From contig CAZXAU010000005.1 of assembly GCA_964638675.1 (NCBI GenBank), positions 69,313 through 133,312 of the forward strand: 64,000 bases of DNA, read 5' to 3'. Shown here piece by piece: positions 19,450-27,705 of the stretch; positions within the stretch are counted from its first letter, which is position 1; every line of letters starts with the position of its first letter. The translations under genes and the position numbers were made by a program. The DNA comes from an uncultured Lachnospiraceae bacterium. Its GTDB lineage: Bacteria; Bacillota; Clostridia; Oscillospirales; CAG-272. The notes beneath the pieces were generated by a model, which worked only from the letters and a program-made list of their open reading frames with translations, was not told the DNA's origin and ran no database searches.

Positions 19450-19684
19450 GTGACATGTCAAGACGGTTGTTTTGTCGCCACTCTTTCTGTTTTTACCGTT
19501 TGAATGAGCTCCGCAAGCTTTGCTTCGCATTCTTCTTCGGTCGGGGCGTAGAGATATTCAGCGGTGTTCGCTTTCCGTCAATGGTGGGCGTATATCTTCC
19601 TTGCCAGCAATTGGCGGAAAGTTGTTTGACATAACCCTTGCCGGGCTTTCTTTTCTTGGATTTGCGCTAATGCTGTTTCATCAT
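19450..19684 (-). pseudogene. remnant of a tyrosine-integrase N-terminal arm-binding domain
   Basis: Own translation: MMKQH*RKSKKRKPGKGYVKQLSANCWQGRYTPTIDGKRTPL(frameshift)YLYAPTEEECEAKLAELIQTVKTE. This is the G-x-W-x-G-R-Y...DGKR...T..E..KL pattern of phage/ICE integrases. The catalytic domain is absent. Confidence 0.4.
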
Positions 19685-19746
19685 TTTTGCGAAGCTATTT
19701 CCGATAAAAAAGAAAGAGCATCTCAGGGACGCTCTTTCTCTCTGTA

Positions 19747-22320
19747 TTAAAGTCTTGGATCAACAGGCTCGCTCTCTAATGCGAGAACACCGAATGAACA
19801 TTCATGTACCCGGTAAAGCGGTTCACCCTTTACAAATCTGTGAAGAGATTCCATCCCAAGCGAAAATTCCTTCAGAGCCAATGCCCGTTTATGATTCAGG
19901 GAACGGACTTTAAGTCGTTTCAAATGGCCGGGTTCGAGATACTCCGCACCATAGATAATACGCAGATACTCCCGTCCTCTGCACTTAACTGCCGGTTGTA
20001 ACAGCTTGATGCCCTGTCTTGCGGTATAGGTTTCAGGCTTCACGACCATACCCTCTCCGCCGTTTCCGGTCAGGTTCAGCCACCAGTCAACCCCTGCTTG
20101 TACGCTTGTTTCGTCTTCTGTGTCAATACAGACATACGGTGTTTCCATATAGACAGGATCTATTCCTGCGATATATTTTCTGATATTCTCCATATGCCAG
20201 ACATGCTTTTCCTGCGAGAAAACACGCCCTTCTGTTGCAAGGATATGGAACGGTGCTATACGGTAATCATCGATGCTGTTTACTGTCCAGCAATATTCAC
20301 GGTATGCTTTTGTATAGCTGAGTATATCATCCTGCTTTGTTCTGTATCGTTCAAGCAGTACGGCAGGGTCAACATTCTGTCCGGATGTTATCTTATCGAT
20401 CTCAAATGCCCTGTTCTGTCTCAGGCAGGCTTTTTCAAGTGCTTTAACCGCAGCCGAAAGTCCTCCTGCGCCTGCATTTCCGGTCGGTGCATACTGCGAG
20501 CGGATCAGCCCTTGTGCCTTATCGGACCACGGCATCAGCTCGGTGTCAAGACATACCCATTCGGTCTCGAAGTCCTCCCAGAAGTTTGTTTTTGTCAGTA
20601 CCGCATCCAGTCTGTCAAGAAGCACACTTTCGGTATCGGCATTCTCGAAAAAGCGTTTGCCCGTTCTTGTGTAGATTATCCCTCTCGTGCCGTCGGTGAT
20701 GCCGAAGCGTTTAAGTGCAGTTCCGGAATCTTTACACAGAACGATCACAGCACGTGAACCCATGTGCTTTTTTTCACAGACAACATTCCGTATACCGTGG
20801 CTTCTGTAATAGTCGAATGCCTGCAATGGATGCTCAAGATATCCGTCAATATCGCTTGTTTCGCATGGCGACATTGTAGGCGGCAGATAGATCAGCCAGT
20901 GAGGATCTGCCGCAAAGCGTGACATGATCTCCAGAGCCGCTGCTGCATTGTTTTCGTGAATGTCGATCGAGGGCATAAGCTGTGTTTCGATATGCATTTT
21001 TTTGTTGAAATCCCCGACGGTGAGCATATCCCCCATGTCGGTGTCGATCGCATTTTCAAGCGGTTTGATCGGTTCATAATACTGTTGCAGGGCTTCTGTA
21101 TCAACTATCTCACGTTCCGGGTAGCGATAAGCTGTCAGTTTTCCGCCGAATACACATCCGGTATCAATGCAGAAAGTGTTATTCTGCGCTCTGACTTCGT
21201 TTCCTGCAATATGTCCGTAAACGATCGTGGCACGCCCTCTGTAATCTGACGCCCAGTCAAGACGTACAGGCAGGCCGTATGAATCGTTTTCGCCCGTAGT
21301 CTCACCGTACAGGCAGAATTCACGCACTCGTACAGAACCACGCCCGATATATTCCTGCTTCAATCCTGCGTGTGCTATCACGAGTTTGCCGTCGTCAAGC
21401 ACATAATGGCTTATCAGGCTGTCAATAAACTCTGCAACCTCATTTTTGAACGCATCGCCCTTTTCCTCGATCTCGGCAACAGTTTTATCAATGCCGTGGG
21501 TCATGGCAACACTCTTACCGCGCAGATATTTAAGCAGCTTGGCATCATGATTGCCGGGAACGGCAATCGCACTTTTAGCCTTCACCATATCCATGACGAT
21601 ACGCAGAACATCGGCGTTGCGGTTTCCTCTGTCGCAGAAATCCCCCAGAAATGCCGCTTTTCTTCCATCCGGATGGGCATATATACCGTCTGTTTTCACA
21701 TATCCGAGTTTGCCGAGCAACATTTCCAGCTCGTCACAGCAGCCGTGAATATCGCCGATGATATCAAAAGGTCCATGCTCGTCCTTTTTATCGTTCCAAA
21801 GCTTAACACGGACGATCTCGGTGTTTTCAAGCTGTTCAAGCGAATTTATCACATATACGAAACGGAAACCCTCACGCTTCAATCCCTTTATACTTCGCTT
21901 AACATCGCGGCAGTGCTGACGTATCACACGTTCGGGAAAATTGCGCTCCGGGCGTGCTTTGTTACGTTCCTGCATGACCTGTTCGGGGAGGTTCAGCACG
22001 ATCGCCGCCGCATGTACATTCTGCTCTCTTGCCAGGTCGATGATCTGTTTTCTCGCACTCTGCTGAATGTTTGTCGCATCAATAACGGTCAACTTCATAT
22101 TGTTAAGGCGCTTGTTCGCCGCATAATACATCAGATCGAATGCATCACCCGAAATACTTTGGCAGTTCTCGTCATCGCATACCATACCTCTGAAAAAGTC
22201 TGATGACAGAACCTCAGTCGGCTTGAAATGCCGCAGGGCAAAACTTGTCTTTCCCGAGGATGTTCCGCCGACAAGTGCCAAAAGGCAGAATTCGGGTATT
22301 TCTATTCTGTATTTATCCAT
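19747..22320 (-). CDS. pnkp: polynucleotide kinase-phosphatase-ligase Pnkp (RNA repair)
   Basis: P-loop GGTSGKTS kinase, calcineurin-type phosphoesterase (GDIHGC..GDFCDRG..GNHD) and a C-terminal adenylyltransferase-like domain. 857 aa. Confidence 0.9.
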   Translation of the reverse strand: MDKYRIEIPEFCLLALVGGTSSGKTSFALRHFKPTEVLSSDFFRGMVCDDENCQSISGDAFDLMYYAANKRLNNMKLTVIDATNIQQSARKQIIDLAREQNVHAAAIVLNLPEQVMQERNKARPERNFPERVIRQHCRDVKRSIKGLKREGFRFVYVINSLEQLENTEIVRVKLWNDKKDEHGPFDIIGDIHGCCDELEMLLGKLGYVKTDGIYAHPDGRKAAFLGDFCDRGNRNADVLRIVMDMVKAKSAIAVPGNHDAKLLKYLRGKSVAMTHGIDKTVAEIEEKGDAFKNEVAEFIDSLISHYVLDDGKLVIAHAGLKQEYIGRGSVRVREFCLYGETTGENDSYGLPVRLDWASDYRGRATIVYGHIAGNEVRAQNNTFCIDTGCVFGGKLTAYRYPEREIVDTEALQQYYEPIKPLENAIDTDMGDMLTVGDFNKKMHIETQLMPSIDIHENNAAAALEIMSRFAADPHWLIYLPPTMSPCETSDIDGYLEHPLQAFDYYRSHGIRNVVCEKKHMGSRAVIVLCKDSGTALKRFGITDGTRGIIYTRTGKRFFENADTESVLLDRLDAVLTKTNFWEDFETEWVCLDTELMPWSDKAQGLIRSQYAPTGNAGAGGLSAAVKALEKACLRQNRAFEIDKITSGQNVDPAVLLERYRTKQDDILSYTKAYREYCWTVNSIDDYRIAPFHILATEGRVFSQEKHVWHMENIRKYIAGIDPVYMETPYVCIDTEDETSVQAGVDWWLNLTGNGGEGMVVKPETYTARQGIKLLQPAVKCRGREYLRIIYGAEYLEPGHLKRLKVRSLNHKRALALKEFSLGMESLHRFVKGEPLYRVHECSFGVLALESEPVDPRL

Positions 22321-23722
22321 TTTTCGTGAACACCCCCATCTGTGTTGGTGTACCTAAATTTTCGTCTGCATCACCGATACCGCTGATACGGCAGGTATAG
22401 CCGAACTTTTCGCAGATATGCTCAGTCCAATCTCTGAATTCTGCCCTCGTCCACTCAAATCTGTGATCCCCGTGACGCATGGCATTCTCCTGCATATGTT
22501 CATAATTCGCATTGTATTCTTTGTTCGGCGTTGTGAGAATGACCGTTCTCGGTGCGGCAAACTCAAACACGGAACGTTCAAATGCAGGTATTCTCATAGG
22601 CTCGATATGCTCGATGACCTCCACTACACATGCACAGTCATATCCCTCAAACCGCTTGTCTCGATAGGTAAGAGAAGCCTGCATCAATGTCAGTTTGTTT
22701 TTGCGGTATGTCTGCATTCTGTCAAGGTGGAGCCTCTGTGCCGCTTTTTCCAGTACACTGACCGATATATCACAGGCAGTCACTTTCTTGATCTGCGGTT
22801 CATTCAACAGAAGGGAAGTCAGGCGGCATTCACCGCATCCGAGGTCAATAACACTTGAAGCACCGCTTGCGAGAACAGCATTTTTTACTGCTTCCATACG
22901 CTGAGTATTCAAGGGAGTGTATGCTTCCTTTTCTCCTTCTCCACGATTATCGGAATTTTCCTCATTTTCCGATGCTTCGTCATCTGCTGTCTCATCGGAA
23001 AGAAGAATATCAAGTGCCTTTCGTGCATAGCTTTTGCGCATAGTAAAATATCGGTTTGCGATCTTCTCCCTGTATGGGTGATCGGCAAGCCAGCCTTCAC
23101 CGTGATCAAGGAGCTTTTTTATCTCGTCCTCGGAAATATAGTAGTGCTTCTGTTTATCAAAAACAGGTATCAGCACATAGATGTGATTCAGCAGCTCAGA
23201 CAGCTTCACTATGCCGCTGATCGTAAGATCGATGTATGGTGATATGCCCCATTCCGGAAAACTTTCATCAAGATATTTGCGCTCGGTCTTTACCGTATAG
23301 CCCAGCGGCTCAAACATTTCTTTTGCAAATTCGGTGTCTCCATTATCTTTCAGAGAGTACAGACGAGCTGTCAGATTTAAAGGAGTATCGGCAAGCTCCT
23401 GACGCTTATCACATCTGCCGGTCATAGCTGTGCCGAATATGCGAACGATTGCCGTACTCATGAAAGAGGTCGATGCGTACGGTCTGTCATTGACATAATC
23501 GAACAGTCCGCCGTCTATACTTCCGACCTTTCCCCTTGCAAGGTCAAGCGGGTCAATGTCAAGAAGCAGCGCAGCCGTCGTGCGCTCATCGCCCAGCTCG
23601 GGATAAAAAACATATGCCTTGCCGTAAGATAACTCAAACTGCTGAGCACGTTCGGGATTTTTGTGCAGAAGATAGCCGAGATCCTGTGTGTGTTGTCCTT
23701 CGTATGTAATGGTCAATAACAA
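22313..23722 (-). CDS. hen1: 3'-terminal RNA ribose 2'-O-methyltransferase Hen1
   Basis: MLLTITYEG..DLGYLLHKNPER N-domain and SAM motif VIDLGCGEC. Overlaps pnkp by 8 nt. TTG start after AAGGAG. Confidence 0.9.
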   Translation of the reverse strand: MLLTITYEGQHTQDLGYLLHKNPERAQQFELSYGKAYVFYPELGDERTTAALLLDIDPLDLARGKVGSIDGGLFDYVNDRPYASTSFMSTAIVRIFGTAMTGRCDKRQELADTPLNLTARLYSLKDNGDTEFAKEMFEPLGYTVKTERKYLDESFPEWGISPYIDLTISGIVKLSELLNHIYVLIPVFDKQKHYYISEDEIKKLLDHGEGWLADHPYREKIANRYFTMRKSYARKALDILLSDETADDEASENEENSDNRGEGEKEAYTPLNTQRMEAVKNAVLASGASSVIDLGCGECRLTSLLLNEPQIKKVTACDISVSVLEKAAQRLHLDRMQTYRKNKLTLMQASLTYRDKRFEGYDCACVVEVIEHIEPMRIPAFERSVFEFAAPRTVILTTPNKEYNANYEHMQENAMRHGDHRFEWTRAEFRDWTEHICEKFGYTCRISGIGDADENLGTPTQMGVFTKNG

Positions 23723-23965
23723 TTCTGATTTCTCCTTTCGTTCATATTAATATATTACTACAAGTATACCATTGTCAGATCAGGAAGTCAATTGCTTTTT
23801 AAATATTTTTCTTATGAAATGAAAAGAAGATATGTACCGATTGGGGGACATATCTCTTTATGTAATGTTGATAGGTAATGTTTAGGTTGTGTTAATGTTT
23901 TGATCGGCGATACTCTGCTCTATAAATTGCTTGGCATGTTCCTCAAATAAATTTCATAGTAAAAA

Positions 23966-24103
23966 GGTTCGTTTGACCCACGGGATAGTCTATCCGAACA
24001 TGTGGATATCGTTGAGAAAGTTGAAAACGGTATCGTTTACTCCGCAGAGCGAAATTTTGGCGATAACCGCCGGGAAAATCACTATACTGTAGGGATATTA
24101 TGA
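23966..24103 (+). pseudogene. possible C-terminal fragment of a CHAP/NlpC-P60-type amidase
   Basis: A start-less open frame reads ..SEHVDIVEKVENGIVYSAERNFGDN.., resembling the GHVGIVxxVxxGxxxTIEGNxxD motif. Confidence 0.3.
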
Positions 24104-24190
24104 GATTTATGTGTGCGGTGTTCCGGAGCATTAAAAAATGACAAAAGAAAAACAGAGGTTTTTCCTCTGCTCATTCTTTTGACTTACATA

Positions 24191-24526
24191 CTATTCTGAT
24201 CCCTTTTGTACTTTGTAGTTTTCGCCCCACACTTTCATGGAATCAAGAATCGGCTGCAAGGACTTTCCAAGATCGGACAAAGCATATTCTACCCTTGGAG
24301 GAACTTCGGGATAAACTGTACGTGTAATAATTCCGTCTGCTTCCATCGAACGTAAACTATCGGTCAACACCTTTTGGCTGATCCCCTCTAAATTCTTTTG
24401 CAGCTCATTAAATCGCCAAGAACGCACAAGTAAATTACGTATAATTAGCAGTTTCCATTTATTTCCTATTAGCTGTACGGTTGTAGCAACCGGGCATTCG
24501 GGAATCAATTCTTCTTTTGTTTTCAT
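24191..24526 (-). CDS. HxlR-family transcriptional regulator
   Basis: CPVATTVQLIGNKWKLLIIRNL..RFNELQK..PPRVEYALSDLG. Divergent from the peptide operon. Confidence 0.85.
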   Translation of the reverse strand: MKTKEELIPECPVATTVQLIGNKWKLLIIRNLLVRSWRFNELQKNLEGISQKVLTDSLRSMEADGIITRTVYPEVPPRVEYALSDLGKSLQPILDSMKVWGENYKVQKGSE

Positions 24527-24852
24527 AATAATCTCCATTCCGCCGCACTGCGGCAGCACAAATAGTTATGAAATTCTCCTGCGTTTTCGAAGAAAACAAA
24601 ATGGGGCAACCCATTTTAAGGAGAATTTGTGCGTGAAACAGATGTGTACCCGCGTTGGATGCACTTTTCTTTCACGCTAAACCCCTATAACTTTAAAAAC
24701 GAATGTTGCACTCATATTATACTGCAACACTCTCGAAAAATCAATAGGTATAGTGTATGACACAAAAAGTTTAAAAACTTTTTCAGTTACGAAATCCGCA
24801 TAACTGCGCAATAGTTACAAAAATGTAACCTAAGTTATAAAAAAGTGCGTAC

Positions 24853-24881
24853 TTGTAAAGGCAAAAAAAAGCTTATATAAT
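24853..24881 (+). promoter_or_regulatory. promoter of the ACGX operon
   Basis: TTGTAA-17 nt-TATAAT. The palindrome GTTACAAAAATGTAAC lies just upstream and is a possible HxlR site. Confidence 0.5.
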
Positions 24882-24934
24882 ATAGGCACAGAGCGTAAAA
24901 CAGTACTCTGAATATTTATAAGGAGGTTATGATC

Positions 24935-25171
24935 ATGGCACTTTCTAACCTGTTTGGATGGAATGAGAAAAAAGCTACGTCATCGTGTAGCTCCGCTTGC
25001 GGTGCAGCAGACAAGTCTGCGGATAAGCCTGCTGAAAAGCCTGCCGCTTGCGGCTCTGCTTGCGGTGCAGCAGACAAGTCTGCGGATAAGCCTGCTGAAA
25101 AGCCCGCCGCTTGCGGTTCTGCTTGCGGTGCAGCAGACGAGTCTGCAGACAAGTCTGCGGACAAGAAGTAA
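24935..25171 (+). CDS. ACGX-repeat precursor peptide (78 aa)
   Basis: AGGAGG lies 8 nt upstream of ATG 24935. Sequence: MALSNLFGWNEKKATSSCSS-(ACGAADKSADKPAEKPAACGS)x2-ACGAADESADKSADKK. The 63-bp DNA repeat starts at 24995, 25058 and 25121. Confidence 0.75.
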   Translation: MALSNLFGWNEKKATSSCSSACGAADKSADKPAEKPAACGSACGAADKSADKPAEKPAACGSACGAADESADKSADKK

Positions 25172-25278
25172 TTTCTTCTGCCCATACCAAACTGTTCTCG
25201 GTGAGAACACTTTTGCCGGGAACATTCGATTATTACTCGGTCAAACCGATTTATATATAATTGCGAGGTCTTTATTAT

Positions 25279-26334
25279 ATGAAACAGTATTTTTCTGAAG
25301 CGAAGCAATACTTCGCTTTTCAGTGGCATATCACAGATGAGTGCGATCAACGATGCAAACACTGCTACATCTTTTCTGAAAACAACTGCAAAAAGCCGGA
25401 TTCAATGAATTGGGGACAAATTGAGGAAACCTTTTATAACTGTCTTGATTTCTGTGAAATGTATAACCGTTTGCCGTATTTCTACATAACAGGAGGCGAT
25501 CCGATTCTGCACCCGGACTTTTGGCGTCTGCTGGGTCTGATGAAAGAACGGGAAATTCCTTTTACTATTCTTGGCAATCCTTTTCATTTGAACGATGAGG
25601 TCTGCCGAAAATTAAAGGAGTACGGTTGTCAGAAATATCAGCTCTCTTTAGACGGTATGCGTGAGACGCACGACTGGTTTCGTAAACCCGGCAGCTTTGA
25701 TATTACTCTTGAAAAAATCGGCTGTATCAATCGTGCAGGAATCCGCAGCGTCATTATGACGACCGTATCGGGCACAAACATTGAAGAAATTCCCGATATT
25801 ATTGACACAGTCGTTAAACATAAAGTAAATGTATTTGCCTTTGCACGCTATTGTCCCACCGGCGAAGAAAAAGATGTCAATATAGAGCCTATGCGTTACC
25901 GTGAATTGCTTGCAGTTTGTGACAAAAAATTCAAGGAATATGAATCTGCCGGATGTGATACTTATTTCAATAAGAAAGACCATCTCTGGACGCTGTATGA
26001 GTTTGAGACGGGTACATTTAAGATTCCCGAAGCCGTGGAAGAAGGCATGATATACGGCGGCTGTAACTGCGGCAACTGTCATTTGACGATTCTGCCTACA
26101 GGAGATGTATTCGCTTGCCGCAGAGTACAAAACAGTAAGGTCGGTAATGTGTTTGAAGATCGCCTTGCCGATGTGTGGGTCTGCGAAATGGAAGCCTATA
26201 GGGAATATACAAAGTTTGAAAAATGCTCAAAGTGCGAACTCCTTGCATTCTGCCGCGGCTGTCCCGCTGTTGCAAGCGGCAAGGACGGTAACTTTTACGC
26301 TGCCGATCCGCAGTGCTGGAAAGTAATCTCTTAA
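25279..26334 (+). CDS. radical SAM/SPASM-domain peptide maturase
   Basis: CDQRCKHCY (CX3CX2C), ITGGDPILHP, and SPASM cysteines GGCNCGNCHLTILPTGDVFACR and CSKCELLAFCRGCPA. Confidence 0.85.
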   Translation: MKQYFSEAKQYFAFQWHITDECDQRCKHCYIFSENNCKKPDSMNWGQIEETFYNCLDFCEMYNRLPYFYITGGDPILHPDFWRLLGLMKEREIPFTILGNPFHLNDEVCRKLKEYGCQKYQLSLDGMRETHDWFRKPGSFDITLEKIGCINRAGIRSVIMTTVSGTNIEEIPDIIDTVVKHKVNVFAFARYCPTGEEKDVNIEPMRYRELLAVCDKKFKEYESAGCDTYFNKKDHLWTLYEFETGTFKIPEAVEEGMIYGGCNCGNCHLTILPTGDVFACRRVQNSKVGNVFEDRLADVWVCEMEAYREYTKFEKCSKCELLAFCRGCPAVASGKDGNFYAADPQCWKVIS

Positions 26335-26351
26335 CCGAAAGGAAAAACGCT

Positions 26352-26927
26352 ATGTTAATGGATATTATTAAAGCCCGTCATTCTATCAGAAAATATACGG
26401 ATAAACAGATCGGCCGGGAAGATATGGAATTGATACTCGAAGCCGGTAATTATGCACCAAATGCAGGCGGCGGTCAGCGAAGTGTGTTGGTAGGTGTGCG
26501 GAACAGAGAACTGACGACAAAGATCGGAATAATGAATCTGGCAAAATTTGACCGTACCAATCTTGCCGGTTCTTATGTTTCAAAAGAACAGCCAAGTAAT
26601 ATTGATGATCCGACCATTAAAAACGGGTTTTACGGTGCGCCTGCTGTTGTGGCTATTTTCGGACAGGATAATTTTATGTTTCGTGTTGCCGACGCTTTCT
26701 GTTGTGCCGAAAATATGGTCTTACAGGCAACGGAGCTTGGCATTTCTTCCTGCATAATCTCTCGCGGAGAAGAAACTTTTGTGAGTGATGAAGGCAAAGC
26801 ACTCTTGAAGGAATGGGAAATCCCCGAAAACTACTCTGCAATCTGCTTTGTGATCCTCGGTTACATTGACGGGAATGAACCACAGACAAAGCCGAGAAAG
26901 CCGGGGCGGGTGAAGATCGTTGAATAA
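26352..26927 (+). CDS. nitroreductase-family oxidoreductase
   Basis: IIKARHSIRKYT..APNAGGGQ motifs. 18-nt gap after the rSAM gene. Confidence 0.8.
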   Translation: MLMDIIKARHSIRKYTDKQIGREDMELILEAGNYAPNAGGGQRSVLVGVRNRELTTKIGIMNLAKFDRTNLAGSYVSKEQPSNIDDPTIKNGFYGAPAVVAIFGQDNFMFRVADAFCCAENMVLQATELGISSCIISRGEETFVSDEGKALLKEWEIPENYSAICFVILGYIDGNEPQTKPRKPGRVKIVE

Positions 26928-27705
26928 TACACAAGCCGAAAGACGTGACTATTTGATCCGTGAATTACTTCGTGAGCAACCCAGGTATTCCGACACGGAA
27001 ATTCCGGAAGGAGAACAAGAACAAAAAAATCTGCTCAGATCGCTTTTCAATATCAGACAACCTTTGCCTGTCAGCGAAGAGTTTTTAAGAGAACAGAACG
27101 CTTATTTACAGGAAGAAACCGAAAGAAAAGGAATTACGGATATAGCTGATCTAACGCCATATCGGGATAACATTTATCTGTGGCAGGGAGATATTACTAC
27201 TCTCCGTTGTGATGCTATCGTCAATGCGGCGAACAGTCAGATGCTGGGTTGCTTTTGCCCTTGCCATGGTTGTATTGACAATGCCATTCACACAGCTGCC
27301 GGTGTTCAGCTTCGGCTTGCATGCAACGAGATCATGCAAAAACAGGGGCATGAGGAAGAAACGGGCAAGGCAAAAATCACACCGGCTTTCAATCTGCCGT
27401 GCAGATATATTCTGCACACTGTCGGTCCGATCGTTTTCGGCAGACTAAAAGAAAATGATGAAAAACTGCTTGGTGATTGCTATCGTTCCTGTTTACAGCT
27501 TGCCGAACAAAACGGAGTGAAAAGTATTGCTTTCTGCTGTATCTCCACAGGCGAATTTCATTTTCCGAACAAACGAGCAGCACAAATAGCCGTACAAACG
27601 GTACAGGAATACAAACACAAAACCAATGGCGAAATTAAGGTGATATTTAATGTTTTCAAAAATGTCGATTACGAAATCTACCGAGAATTACTCAGTTCAA
27701 ATTAA
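26920..27705 (+). CDS. macrodomain protein (ADP-ribose hydrolase type)
   Basis: WQGDITTLRCDAIVNAANSQMLG..GCIDNAIH..ILHTVGP. The only possible start is TTG 26920, which overlaps the nitroreductase stop. Confidence 0.85.
   Translation: MNNTQAERRDYLIRELLREQPRYSDTEIPEGEQEQKNLLRSLFNIRQPLPVSEEFLREQNAYLQEETERKGITDIADLTPYRDNIYLWQGDITTLRCDAIVNAANSQMLGCFCPCHGCIDNAIHTAAGVQLRLACNEIMQKQGHEEETGKAKITPAFNLPCRYILHTVGPIVFGRLKENDEKLLGDCYRSCLQLAEQNGVKSIAFCCISTGEFHFPNKRAAQIAVQTVQEYKHKTNGEIKVIFNVFKNVDYEIYRELLSSN

Noticed and set aside
24916-25362. Several long ORFs on both strands (148, 114, 81 and 71 aa) across the peptide repeat, and the idea that the 63-bp repeats could be a CRISPR array.
   Set aside because: They are mirror or frame-shifted readings of the GC-rich 63-bp coding repeat. 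Only the + frame starting at 24935 has an AGGAGG RBS. The repeats are contiguous with no spacers and differ only at synonymous sites, so this is not a CRISPR array.
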